The notes beneath the pieces are model-generated. The model was not told the DNA's origin. It saw only the letters and a program-made list of their open reading frames with translations, and ran no database searches. The position numbers and the translations under genes were made by a program. This document shows, piece by piece, positions 53,560 through 64,000 of a stretch of DNA of 64,000 bases. This DNA comes from Octopus sinensis (Eukaryota). The DNA is taken from the NCBI RefSeq assembly GCF_006345805.1, contig NC_043003.1:7130001-7194000 (forward strand). Reading direction: 5' to 3'. Each line of letters begins with the position of its first letter. Within the stretch, counting starts at the first letter, position 1.

Positions 53560-53801
53560 TGTGTGTGATGTGTATACACATCAGTTCCGTTATGGTAATT
53601 GGCAAAATCGTACAGTTTATATTAATAGAGTAAAAAGGAGTGATGAGGCTTAATGAGTTGGGATCAAGTAATCTAATTAGGAGAGATTTTTCAGAAAATA
53701 AATATAAAATAGAGGAAGTAAATAGATAGAAAAAATAATACCTTTTTCTCAGCGTTTTGCTGATTTTTATAAGCAATATTCATAAGAGTTGTAAAATCCA
53801 T
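40398..53801 (-). CDS. SPTY2D1: Protein SPT2 homolog (histone H3/H4 chaperone), 6 coding exons, 543 aa
   Basis: Exons 53801-53742, 48329-47957, 45870-44992, 43807-43669, 41398-41321, 40500-40398 splice in frame (1632 nt) with GT-AG introns. N-terminus [10 protein letters not shown] resembles the SPT2 N-terminus; the middle is K/S-rich; the C-terminus has the SPT2 domain (MDGFIDD...[51 protein letters not shown]). Confidence 0.93.
40577..41225 (-). mobile_element. Family A SINE plus a partial second head in SPT2 intron 5
   Basis: Family sequence match. Confidence 0.75.
41321..41398 (-). CDS. SPTY2D1: SPT2 exon 5 ([26 protein letters not shown])
   Basis: ccttag acceptor, ag|gtaagt donor; not in the ORF track (<60 aa). 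Confidence 0.92.
41455..41842 (-). mobile_element. Non-autonomous Helitron, second family
   Basis: A|TCTTTATATAT start, hairpin and CTAG|T end on the minus strand. Confidence 0.75.
42532..43099 (-). mobile_element. 5'-truncated RTE-clade LINE (end of RT/C-terminal domain), open frame
   Basis: YKYLGSYI...ILLYGSETW...FAGHCCRA...RGRTLSYPD...DREVWR; (TGA)n tail; TSD caggtaat at 42524-42531 and 43100-43107. Confidence 0.88.
43310..43600 (+). mobile_element. Family D SINE with an (AAAC)n tail
   Basis: tRNA-like head and family D central domain. Confidence 0.7.
43669..43807 (-). CDS. SPTY2D1: SPT2 exon 4 ([23 protein letters not shown]...IFGYDRRK)
   Basis: ttctag acceptor, aa|gtaagt donor; SPT2 domain motif. 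Confidence 0.94.
43848..44100 (-). mobile_element. Penelope-like/retrozyme-like short repeat (hammerhead family H1)
   Basis: Homologous to 27374-27560 (-), 27846-27975 (+) and 36802-36912 (+); copies end at cttactct next to TA-rich microsatellites. Confidence 0.6.
43948..43991 (-). ncRNA. Putative type I hammerhead ribozyme motif in a Penelope/retrozyme-like repeat
   Basis: AAAUUCU-CUGACGA-AUG(GGAA)UGU-GAAA-CU(CUG)AG-UA-ACAAUUU: all core nucleotides present and three helices can form; activity untested. Confidence 0.7.
44460..44933. mobile_element. Dimeric TTAA MITE, copy 3
   Basis: Same units and spacer; TTAA at both ends. Confidence 0.85.
44992..45870 (-). CDS. SPTY2D1: SPT2 exon 3 (low-complexity central region)
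   Basis: tttcag acceptor, g|gtaacg donor; 879-nt open frame inside ORF 44837-45883. Confidence 0.9.
47516..47949 (+). mobile_element. Full-length family A SINE ending next to the SPT2 exon 2 donor
   Basis: Family sequence; tail ends ~7 nt from the donor. Confidence 0.85.
47957..48329 (-). CDS. SPTY2D1: SPT2 exon 2 ([16 protein letters not shown]...KLQEKE)
   Basis: ttttag acceptor, g|gttggt donor; open K/E-rich frame. Confidence 0.88.
48476..50995. mobile_element. Cluster of family A SINE copies in SPT2 intron 1
   Basis: Copies at about 48476-48880 (+), 49470-49620 (+), 49645-49975 (-), 50370-50690 (-) and 50735-50995 (+). Confidence 0.75.
51251..51590 (-). mobile_element. tRNA-derived SINE (family E, V/CORE-like centre)
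   Basis: Closely similar to 57641-57974 (-) and 60170-60504 (+); head ggcgcatggctcagtggttagagcg. Confidence 0.8.
52680..53480. repeat. Compound minisatellite (~70-90-bp unit interleaved with (TA)n) in SPT2 intron 1
   Basis: gtatagggagagagataaatatatagctacagagtgtatat...gacacacacgcaacaatata repeated about 9 times. Confidence 0.85.
53742..53801 (-). CDS. SPTY2D1: SPT2 exon 1 ([20 protein letters not shown])
   Basis: ATG at 53801-53799 in aaaATGG context; aag|gtatta donor. Confidence 0.88.
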
Positions 53802-53904
53802 TTTTGCCGAGCCAGATATTACGTGAATTCTTCTTCTCCTTCGATCCGAGAATTCCAGCTGGTGACACAGACACTCTTGAAGACAGAAGACTTCAAAAGA
53901 GACA

Positions 53905-53995
53905 CAATTGACTTCCGCCCAAAGGGGGGATAACTTCAATGGTAATGAAAAGCGAATTGCTCATTGGATGATGTAAGTTGCACATCCGGTAAGGG
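53905..53995 (-). promoter_or_regulatory. Putative SPT2 promoter / 5' leader
   Basis: Unique CpG-containing stretch 100-190 nt upstream of the ATG, with ETS-like GCGGAAGT (53911-53918), CCAAT (53963-53967) and CCGGATG (53983-53989) on the minus strand; TSS not determinable. Confidence 0.4.
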
Positions 53996-54063
53996 ACGTA
54001 AATGATGTAATACTTTAATTTTTTTTCGTTTTGAAATTCTGTTCTTTTTTTTTTTTGTTGTAT

Positions 54064-54535
54064 GTAGGGGTCTTGAAATTTTGGGAGAAGGTGGGATGGA
54101 GGTTTGGGGGTTAGTCGATTACATCGACCCCAGTACTCTACTGGTACTTTTTTTGTGTGTGTAGGGGTCTTGAAATTTTGGGAGAAGGTGGGATGGAGGT
54201 TTGGGGGTTAGTCGATTACATCGACCCCAGTACTCTACTGGTACTTTTTTTGTGTGTGTAGGGGTCTTGAAATTTTGGGAGAAGGTGGGATGGAGTTTGG
54301 GGGTTAGTCGATTACATCGACACCAGTACTCTACTGGTACTTTTTTTGTGTGTGTAGGGGTCTTGAAATTTTGGGAGAAGGTGGGATGGAGGTTTGGGGG
54401 CTAGTCGATTACATCGACCCCAGTGTACTCTACTGGTACTTTTGTTTGTGTGTAGGGGTCTTGAAATGTTGAAAGGTGGGATGGAGTTTGGGGGTTAGTC
54501 GATTACATCGACCCCAGTACTCTACTGGTACTTTA
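54064..54535. repeat. ~97-bp tandem repeat (5 units) upstream of SPT2
   Basis: Unit starts at 54064, 54161, 54258, 54354 and 54452; each contains part of the family C SINE tail. Confidence 0.9.
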
Positions 54536-54662
54536 TTTTATCGTTATCGAAGGATGAATGCAAAGTCAACCGTTGGTGGAATTTGAATTCGGGCTTATCT
54601 ACGCATGTGTGCCGCTCCGGATGTGTTTTCTCAAAACTTTCAGAAAAATTGGTGAGAAGAGA

Positions 54663-54772
<110 letters not shown>

Positions 54773-55704
54773 TCGGGAAATTCACTAATCGGCTGTTTCC
54801 TCATAAATTCCAGAGAAATGGGCATTTTTTCATGAAATTTTCTACAGATATCTTTTAGATGCTGTAGATTACGATTACACAAAATTTTTATGTGGAAAAA
54901 ATTGGTGGGCGAGCATAGATACATATTGACACAATAATAATGAAATTATTGTATACAGTGCTCATTTGCACCACAGCTACACAGTAAAGCTTGAAGTCTT
55001 GAAAGAAAAAATAGTGATGTATGTGTTTGTCCCCACCATTTTCCCCTACATTAAATCCCAATATAATCGTAATCTACGCCATTAGAAAGGTATCTGTAGA
55101 AAGTGTCATTAAAAATATCCATTTTTTCTGCAAGCGACGAGGAAAGAAAGTCGGTGGGCCCTCTTGTGTAAGTATGCCTGAACTCAGACATTATAACGAT
55201 CCTTTTAACTATAGACTCAATGCTTGATATTTTGAGGGAGAAGCTAGTCGATTACTCCGACTTCAGTGCTCAAATGGTACCTATTTTATCGATCACCGAG
55301 AGGATGAAAGGCAAAGTCGACCTCGGCGGGATTTAAACTCAAAACGTAAGGAGCCGGAAGAATGCTACAAAGCATTTTGTCTGGTTTGCTAACGATTCTA
55401 CTTGCTCGAAGCATTAATGTCTTATGTATTTCAATCTGGAGTCCAATTAGCGAGTTATTACCGGCCGAGCAGTCGAACTTGTCTCTCTTTGTATGAAAAT
55501 TGTGTCTCTAACTCTGATTGTTCCACGTTCGCTGGTTAAATGAATTGAAGGAGCACTTTCCGTTAAATTAGTGACACCAGCGTGCGACTGATACATGCTA
55601 AAAGTTTGTCTACAATGCCGTATATTTAGATCTTTCCAAGTACTAAAGTGACCAAAGGGCTGTGTTTTCAAAAATTATTTCCATTCTCATCACTACTCGA
55701 AATG

Positions 55705-56090
55705 TCTCTCTATATAAAGCTGAAGTTGTCTGTGTATGGCAGGTTTGGTAGCCTTCAACTAACACTATCTTCTCCGAGACCCTACGGCGCAAGTTGACCA
55801 AAATTGAGAGTATGATAGAAGGCTTGCTCTTCCTTCCGTAGAAGAAAAAATTCAAATCGGACCATGTTAGCACCAAAAATTATTTACATCAAAGGTGCTT
55901 TTTTTTCTATGAAAATCCCTTTTTTTAATGATTTTTTGACTACTGTGCCGCAATTTTTCGGTGTATTTCAACCAGAAAAATGTTGACTTAAAGAGAATAA
56001 CAAGCTACATAATGCAAAATTTTTATTTTTCAAAAATTCCAATTCTAAAGGGTCGAAACAAACCCGAGCAACGCCGGGTGATACTGCTAG
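55705..56090 (+). mobile_element. Non-autonomous Helitron (same family as 11543)
   Basis: TC...cccgagcaacgccggg...CTAG|T. Confidence 0.8.
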
Positions 56091-56179
56091 TCTATGATAT
56101 TTATGAGTTGGGGAATTTGATGTTGTGTCGTCCATGCAGTTCTCAAATCATTAGAATATAAATGTGATGTGTAGTTGAA

Positions 56180-56885
56180 GCAAAGAAAGAAGAAGAAGAA
56201 GAAGAAGAAGAAGAAGAAGAAGAAGAGTTATGATTCACGAAATTAGTCTTTAATTATGATGCCGCTTGCTGTAGTACTAAATGACTCGTTCGAAATACAA
56301 ATGACATATTCTTCAAGGCTAGAATCACTTCTGATCAAAGATTTACTCAGCCCGAGCCAACAAGGGGTCCAAGAAGAATATAACGACGACAACGATGACG
56401 ACGACGACGACGACGACGACGAAGAAGAAGAAAAGAAGAAGAAGAAGAAGAGAAGAAGAGAGAGAAAGCGAAGAAGAAAAATGAGAAGAAGAGAAAGAAA
56501 GCGAAGGAGAAAAAGAAGAGGAGATAAAGAAGACGGCAAAGGAGGAGGAAGAGGAGGAGGAGAAGAAGAAGGAGTAGAAGAAGAGGAGTTAAGAAGAGGG
56601 TAGAAAAGCAGGAAGAAAGAAAACGGCAAAGGATGAGGAGAAAAAAGAAAGAAGAGAAGAAGAAGAGGAGGAAAGAAGAATAAGAAGAAGAAAAGGAAGA
56701 AGAAGGCGAAGGATAAGAAGAAGAATGAGTAGAAGAAGAAGGAGAGAAGAAAACGGCAAATGAGGAGGAGAAGAAGAAGAAGAAGAAGAAGAAGGAGGAG
56801 AGAAAGAAGGCGAAGGAGAAGAAGAAGAGGAGATAAAGAAGACGGCAAAGGAGGAGGAGGAGGAGGAGGAGAAGAAGAAGAAGAT

Positions 56886-56916
<31 letters not shown>

Positions 56917-57145
56917 AAAGAGAGAAAGAAGGTGAAGGAGAAGAAGAAGAGGAGATAGAAAGCGAAGGAGAAAAAGAAGACGGCAAAGGAGGAGGAGGAG
57001 GAGAAGAAGAAGAAGAAGAAGAAAAAGAAGAAGAAGAAGAAGAAAGAGAGAAAGAAGGCGAAGGAGAAAAAGAAGAAGCGGAAGAAGGTAAAGAAAACGG
57101 CGACGAAGACGGAGGATGAGGAGGTGAAGAAAGAAGGGAAAGAAA
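56180..57145. repeat. (GAA/GGA)-rich polypurine low-complexity tract
   Basis: Near-pure purine + strand with recurring gaagacggcaaaggaggagg subunits. Confidence 0.9.
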
Positions 57146-57458
57146 TTGCAGAACAAGATATACAAAGAGTTTGATGGAATATTCTTCGACTTTGACGTTC
57201 AGTTCAAACGGTTTCATCATGGGGTAGGAACCCTGCTGTGGGGATGAAGATGGCACAAAAAGAATGGAATAGCTGTCTTGTTGAACTTTGGTACTGTAAT
57301 GATGAAGTCTCAAATACACCTGGACTATTCAGTAACAACATTCTCTCTTCAACTTACATCCTGACATCTTAATGTGGAAATAACACCTGAAACCAAAGGT
57401 GTCAAACATACGACCCGCGGCGATGTTTAGTCCGGATCTCGGTTCAATTATGTATGTA

Positions 57459-57572
<114 letters not shown>

Positions 57573-57640
57573 GGCGGCGCATGGCTCAGTGGTTGTGAGT
57601 TCGAATCCCGGACCGGGCTGCGTGCTGTGTGTGTGTATAT

Positions 57641-57974
57641 GAGAACCCCCTTCAGTCATGACTGACCATGGGATTGCACCTAGAAAGTTACCCTCCCAGA
57701 CACAAGTCCGGGCAAGGTTGTTTATAGAAGAGCAGCAGTCGCCCATGCATACCAGCCTCCCCTCTCCACGCCACCAATGTTATCCTAGGGAAAGGCAAAG
57801 GCCGATACAGCTTCACATCAGTGACGTCGCAGCTCATTTCTACAGCTGAGTGAACTGGAGCAACGTGAAATAAAGTGGCTTGCTCAAGAACACAACACGC
57901 AGCCCGGTCCGGGATTCGAACTCGCAACCTCACGATCGTAAGCTCGACGCTCTAATCACTGAGGCATGCGCCTT
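57641..57974 (-). mobile_element. Family E SINE
   Basis: Family sequence. Confidence 0.8.
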
Positions 57975-58056
<82 letters not shown>

Positions 58057-58733
58057 TGAAATTTATAGAAAATCAAAAGACGAAGACAGGTATATGAACA
58101 ACAAGCAGGTGTATTAGTTTGATGCTCGGGAAAGTGAAAAAGTCTTTTATGTTTCGAGCCTACGCTCTTCAACAGAGTTGAATAAGAGAAAATAAACAGA
58201 GAGAGAGAGAGAGGCAAAAAACGTGGATTGAGCGGTCAAGAATGACGACTGGCTAGAAAAAAAGGTTTGACAGGAGAGGTTGTAAGGAAGGGTTTGGAAA
58301 AGGCACGAACATACATCACCACTCATTTCGGGCCCCTTTCCATATCTGAAGCAGTGGACCTATCTATTAAGAGAAAGAAAAGAAAAAATCGACCTTTAAC
58401 CTTGTCATATCTCAACAAATAGCTTATCTGAAGAAAATAAGGTATGCACCCCCCACTTCCTTTGTTTCCTCATAACTTTCAATAAAACGGATATATTTGA
58501 ACGAACATTTCAGGCGGTATTCATTACAATTATGTCAGGCGGTATTGATTACGATTATGTCGGAATTTAAAATGAAAAAGAAAACACATCATAATTTTTT
58601 TTCGAAATTTTTCAAGTTTCATTTTGTAGACGTATGTGATGTGTGTCAGTATGTATGTGTACGAGTTCACCAATTTTTTGTTTTCCGTATTAAATTCCGA
58701 TATAATCCTAATCTACACACTCTGAAAGGTATT

Positions 58734-59133
58734 TACTCTTTTACTTGTTTCAGTCATTTGACTGTGGTCATGCTGGAGTACCGCCTTTAGTCGAGCAACT
58801 CGACTTCAGGACTTATCCTTTGGCAGCCTAGTACTTATTCTATCGGTCTCTTTTGCCGAACCGCTATGTGACGGGGACGTAAACACATCAGCATCGGTTG
58901 TCAAGCGATGTTGGGAGGACAAACGCAGACACACAAACATACACACACACACACACACATATATATATACGACGGGCTTCTTTCAGTTTCCGTCTACCAA
59001 ATCCATCCACAAGGCTTTGGTCGGCCCGAGGTTACAGTAGAAGACACTTGCCCAAGGTGCCACGCAGTGGGAATGAACCCGGAACCATGTGGTTGGTAAG
59101 CAAGCTACTTACCACACAACCACTCCTGCGCCT
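58734..59133 (-). mobile_element. Family A SINE
   Basis: Family sequence; inserted in an older non-autonomous element. Confidence 0.8.
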
Positions 59134-59883
59134 ATTTGAAGAAAATTTCATGAAAAAGATTTCCCATTTTTCTGAAAGTTTTGAGAAAACAAAACCGACT
59201 CTTGTGAATTTTCCGAAACTTCCCACCGTGACCACGGAGAAAATTTTAAAACTCAAATTTTGATACAATCGCAATCTGCACCATCTGAAGCGTATTTGTA
59301 GAAAAGTTCATTAAAAAATATTCATTTTCTGGAAGTTATGAGTTAACAGAGTCATTGGGGCACACTTGTGTAGGTATGCCGCTAATAGTAGTATTAACAT
59401 CCCTGTGATTCTGGACTATAAACTCTTGTTCCCGTACATGCTTAGGTAGGTCATCTGTTGTTCCTTATATCTCTCTTCTAGAAAACGAACTCCCTAAACC
59501 AGCACCCAACTACCAATACTAATAATCTGCCTGTTCAAATAACATTGAACGGACTTCGATATAAAGTCGCTTCAACCATTTTGCATCGCATTGACTTCCC
59601 AGAGGAGTTGTCTACCCTTCGCCTGTTCTCAGCTAAAAAGTTTTACACGTTCACACATTTCGTTTGTTGCAGACAGATCTTTTCTTTTCTTTTCTTTTTT
59701 TTTTTTAGCTCCATCTTATGTATTTTCAGTGTCTGGGTTGCGGCCATACCGAAGCACCATATTGAAGAGTTTCAGTCGAATAAATTGACCCCGGTAGTAA
59801 TTTTCTCTTTTTAAATCTGGTATTTATTCTATCGGTCAATATATATATTAGTTAATTAATTCTATTAAAAAAAATATATCTTT

Positions 59884-60155
59884 ATAATAATAATGAAATT
59901 GTTGTATACAGTGCTCAGGTGCACCACAACTTGTCAGAAAGTGCATATAAAGTACATGCAGTAATGTACAAATGTCTGGAAAGCGAACAATGTATGAGTC
60001 AGATACATGCTTGTGTGTGTATGGAGGGGAGAAAATCAGGTGTAGTGTTGGCGAATCTCAGGAAGCATGGAAGTTTTGAAGGATGCAGTGATCCGACAAC
60101 TAACAATGATGCCGGCAGTTTGTTCCATGCTTCAGCAACTCTCAGCGTGAAAAAG
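59884..60155 (-). mobile_element. CR1-like LINE 3' end with an (ATT)n tail
   Basis: FFTLRVAEAWNKLPAS motif on the minus strand; tail copy also at ~54925-54975. Confidence 0.65.
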
Positions 60156-60169
60156 GTGCATGGCCTGTG

Positions 60170-60504
60170 AAGGCGCATGGCCCAGTAGTTAGAGCGTCGA
60201 GCTTACGATCGTGGGGTTGTGGGCTCGAATCCTGGACTGGGCTGCGTGTTGTGTTCTTGAGCAAGACACTTTATTTCACGTTGCTCCAGTTTACTCAGCT
60301 GTAGAAATGAGTTGTGACGTCACTGTTGCCAAGCTGTATCGGCCTTTGCCTTTCCCTTGGATAACACGGGTGGCGTGGAGAGGGGAGGCCGGTATGCATG
60401 GGCGATTGCTGGCCTTCCATAAAATAACCTTGCTCGGACTTGCGCCTGGGAGGGTAACTTTCTAGGTGCAATCCCACGGCCAGTCATGACCGAAGTGGGG
60501 TCTC
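60170..60504 (+). mobile_element. Family E SINE
   Basis: Family sequence. Confidence 0.8.
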
Positions 60505-60832
60505 AATTAATTCTTTAATCAGCACAATGGTAATCATTTTGAAGGGAAGTGGGTGGCTAGAAATAACTAACCCGGGTGAAACTTGAACCTGGAACGGTAA
60601 GGTTCACACTAGATAGATACGAGACTGCATCATGACTGTTTCCGTTATCCTCGAATTATTGATTTCGGATTTTACACAGACGCGAGGATGGCTGTGTGGT
60701 AAGAAGCTTGCTTCCCAACCACATGATTCCGGGTTCAGTTCCACTGCATGGTACCTTGGGCAAGTGTCTTCTGCAACCAAAACCTTGTGGCTGAATTCGG
60801 TAGACAGGAACTAAAAGAAATTCGTGTGTGTG

Positions 60833-61008
60833 TATAATGAATGAGGGAAATGGAAAATAGATTTAGCAAGAATCTTGCTTTATTCAGCCCAACGATCGTT
60901 TCGACCCATCCAGCATCTGTTGCTTACGGGTGGAATATGGTACATCTAGATGTGTTGCTGAATAAAGATTCTTGCTAAATCCATTTTCCGTTTCCCTCAT
61001 TCATTATA
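60833..61008. repeat. Hairpin with ~55-bp arms and ~68-nt spacer
   Basis: tataatgaatgagggaaa...tattcagc versus gctgaata...ccctcattcattata. Confidence 0.85.
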
Positions 61009-61164
61009 AACGAAACGAACACTGCAGAATTCCCGACGTTGATCCAGTGAGACACTCATATCATAACTGTGGATGACATTAGGTAGCCTGAACGGTGTTG
61101 AGTGCTTTAATCGGCATACTACTAGACATATACCCAAAGTCCAAATAATTATTTATACACATAT

Positions 61165-61187
61165 TTATAACACACACACACCACACA

Positions 61188-61218
<31 letters not shown>

Positions 61219-61284
61219 CAACACACACACACACACACCGCACACACGCACACACACCACACACGCACACACGCCACACACACA

Positions 61285-61315
<31 letters not shown>

Positions 61316-61568
61316 CCACCACACACACACACCACACACACACAACGCACACACGCACCACACACACACACCACGCACACACGCACACACACACGCACAC
61401 ACTCACGCACACACACACACGCACACCACACACACACACACACCGCACACACGCACACACACCACACACACACCACGCACACACACACACACACACACAC
61501 CACACACACCACACACGCACACACGCACGCACACACGCACACCACACACACACAACACACACACACGC

Positions 61569-61600
<32 letters not shown>

Positions 61601-61670
61601 CGCCACACACACACAACACACACACACACACGCACAACACGCACACACACACACACCACACACACACACT
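61165..61670. repeat. Cryptic (CA)n / CACG microsatellite
   Basis: Direct reading; source of the H/T and V/C-rich ORFs. Confidence 0.9.
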
Positions 61671-62261
61671 TCATATTAGGCGCAGGTTCCGGGTTCTGCC
61701 CCAATGTGTGGGTCTTTGGCCAAGTGTAATCTACTATAATTCGAGCCGGCCAAAGGCCCTGTAAATGAATTTGGTGGATGGAAACTGAAAGAAGCCGGTC
61801 GTATCCCTCCCTACTATATATAAATATATATCTATATATATAAAATATATATGTATATATCTATATATGTATGTATGTGTGTGTGTGTTTGTGTGTGTAG
61901 AGAACAATTTCTAAGTTTAAAAATAAGTACAGAGGTCGCTTTGTTCGACTAAACCTTTCAAAGGTGGTGCCCCAGAGTGGGCGCAGTCCAATGACTGAAA
62001 CAAAAAAAAAAAAAAGAAAAAAAATGGAAGAAAGTAAAAAAAGAAAGAAAAGATAAGCATAAGGCCTCAAACTTGGTGACTGGGTTTAATCGATTGTAAC
62101 GACCCCGGTACTTAACTTATCAAATCTACTGACCCTGGGAGAATGAAATACAAAGTTAACCTCGGTAGGATTCGAAATCAAAGTCGCAACTAAATTACGC
62201 AAGGTTCTAACTGAACTATAACTTCAAATTCATACCTGTAATTAGCGGGGGAAGTTCGGTA

Positions 62262-62895
62262 AGGAAAGCCAAAGCTGCTATCTTCATTTCGGTTTTCCTG
62301 CTCATTTGCACCTACAACCATGAATGTAGAGTAATGAGGAGTGGAGGCGCAATGGCCCAGTGGTTAGGGCAGCGGACTCGCGGTCGTAGGATCGCGGTTT
62401 CGATTCCCAGACTGAGTGTTTATTGAGCGAAAACGCCTAAAGCTCCACGAGGCTCCGGCAGGGGATGGTGGTGATCCCTGCTGTACTCTTTCACCACAAC
62501 TTTCTCTCACTCTTGCTTCCTGTTTCTGTTGTACCTGTATTTCAAGGGGCCGGCCTTGTCACTCTCTGTGTCACGCTGAATATCCTCGAGAACTACGTTA
62601 AGGGTGCACGTGTCTGTGGAGTGCTCAGCCACTTACACGTTAATTTCACAAGCAAGCTGTTCTGTTGATTCGGATCAACCGGAACCCTCGTCGTCGTAAC
62701 CGACGGAGTGCTTCCACCATGAATGTAGAGTAATGAGGGAAAAAGTAGGATTACGAATACAAGGGGCCGAAACGGGATGTTTCTGCGAAGGATCTCTAGA
62801 GTAACGTTACTCGTCAGGGTGCGCACAACTCGGAAATAAGGGAGTCTCTTCAGGTCGAGTTGCTACTTTTCATATTGAGAGGTCACAGCTCTGGT
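62262..62895 (+). mobile_element. Degenerate RTE LINE fragment split by a family D SINE
   Basis: Removing the SINE and one TSD gives KAKAAIFISVFLLICTYNHECRVMREKVGLRIQGAE/FLRRISRVTLLVRVR/IRESLQVE, typical RTE post-RT sequence with frameshifts. Confidence 0.7.
62340..62715 (+). mobile_element. Full-length family D SINE with a 23-bp TSD
   Basis: accatgaatgtagagtaatgagg at 62317-62339 and 62716-62738. Confidence 0.9.
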
Positions 62896-62900
62896 ACTCT

Positions 62901-63104
62901 TTTATTCTTTTACTTGTTTCAGTCATTTGACTGCGGCCATGCTGGAGTACAGCCTTTGATCGAACAAATATACCCCAGGACTTATTCTTTGTAAGCCTAG
63001 TACTTATTCTGTCGTTATCTTTTTGTCGAACCGCTAAGTTACGGGGACGTAAACACACCAACATCGGTTGTTAAGCGATGTTGGGGGTGAGGGTGGAACA
63101 AACA

Positions 63105-63142
<38 letters not shown>

Positions 63143-63305
63143 CGACGGGCTTCTTTCAGTTTCCGTCTACCAAATCCACTCACAAGGTTTTGGTCGGCTC
63201 GTGGCAATAGTAGAAGACACTTGCATAAGATGCCACGCAGTGGGACTGAACCCAGAACCATGTGGTTGGAAGCAAGCTTCTTACCACACAGCCACGCTGC
63301 GCCTA
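62901..63305 (-). mobile_element. Family A SINE
   Basis: Family sequence. Confidence 0.8.
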
Positions 63306-63787
63306 TGTAAGAATGTCGCAGGAAAGAATCGTAAGATGGATTCTTCAAGCCAAGCTAATCGGCAGGAGACTTAGGCCTAGACCAGTGGCTCCCGACCCTT
63401 TCACTATCATGGACCCCTTTTATTTAAATGAGTTTTCCCACGGACCCCTTTTAATATACTTATCCTTATATATATTTGAGGAGATTTGTAATAAGTATAA
63501 GAATATACCATAAACAAGTATGAAAAAACGGAGAAAAGATATTGAAAACGAATTAGATTTATTTAGTTTTCAACATATTTTCTTCATTTTTTTTACTTGT
63601 TTATGGTATATTCTTATACTTATAACAAATCTCCTTAAATATTATTTTAATATTCTTATTACCTATTTTGACTGTTTTTCATGAATACGATGAATCCTTA
63701 TTAGAAATCACCTTTTCTCTCATTTTGGATCCCCCCAAAAGTTTGAATTGTTCTTACTGAACTCACCTTTTCTCTCTTATATATATA

Positions 63788-64000
63788 CTAGCAGTATAGC
63801 CCGGCTTTGCTCGGGATTAAGTTAGGATTATTAAGCTAATTAAGCTCTTTATTTCAAACCAAATTAAGTAACATCGACGTCAAATTTGAGTGAAATCCGT
63901 TGAAATTGGTAAACTTTTGGCTGAAATTTTGCAGAAAATTTGATTAGGAAATCCCATAAGGAATCGGTTTATTGATTTTTTCCACTCATCGATTGTTTTT
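63788..64000 (-). mobile_element. Helitron 3' end running off the window
   Basis: cccgagcaaagccggg hairpin + tgCTAG|T on the minus strand. Confidence 0.65.

Noticed and set aside
53802-53939. N-terminal extension of SPT2 from the ORF track (MKLSPLWAEV...)
   Set aside because: It starts at TTG. Homology begins at MDF (ATG 53801), so the upstream part is more likely 5' UTR or promoter.
55420-55700. Unique CpG-containing block as a promoter or first exon of a + strand gene
   Set aside because: The only ATG frame (MKIVSLTLIVPRSLVK*) stops after 16 codons and no downstream exons were found.
56243-57319. Long ORFs (115-272 aa) over the GAA tract; weak resemblance of RLESLLIKDL to a GIY-YIG C-terminus
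   Set aside because: The ORFs are low-complexity artefacts, and the short resemblance is too weak to call without an HMM search.
59482-59814. Possible exon after a good acceptor (ctctcttctag), frame KTNSLNQ...LNGLRYKVASTILHR
   Set aside because: No recognisable homology, no convincing donor, and the frame runs into a SINE. There are no supporting neighbouring exons.

Overview
This is AT-rich, microsatellite- and SINE-dense metazoan genomic DNA. The repeat families look like those of octopus (cephalopod) genomes; this is inference and no database search was run. Two protein-coding genes lie tail-to-tail. (1) The 3' ~70% of DDB1 on the + strand: 19 exons (203-26833) that splice into an open 810-aa frame, including one U12-type (minor spliceosome) GT-AG intron at 25725-25933. 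(2) A complete SPT2/SPTY2D1 histone-chaperone homolog on the - strand: 6 coding exons (53801-40398, 543 aa). The rest is tRNA-derived SINEs of several families, (TGA)n-tailed RTE-like short elements, LINE remnants (RTE, CR1-like), TTAA/TA/hAT MITEs, non-autonomous Helitrons, a mariner remnant, mini/microsatellites and several long foldbacks. The most unusual signal is three different short repeat families carrying hammerhead-ribozyme-like motifs of the Penelope/retrozyme kind. One has a complete catalytic core, lies sense to SPT2 in intron 3 and would cut about 147 nt upstream of the exon 4 acceptor. Another is fused to a tRNA-like SINE head. Most ORFs in the supplied track are repeat or low-complexity artefacts.
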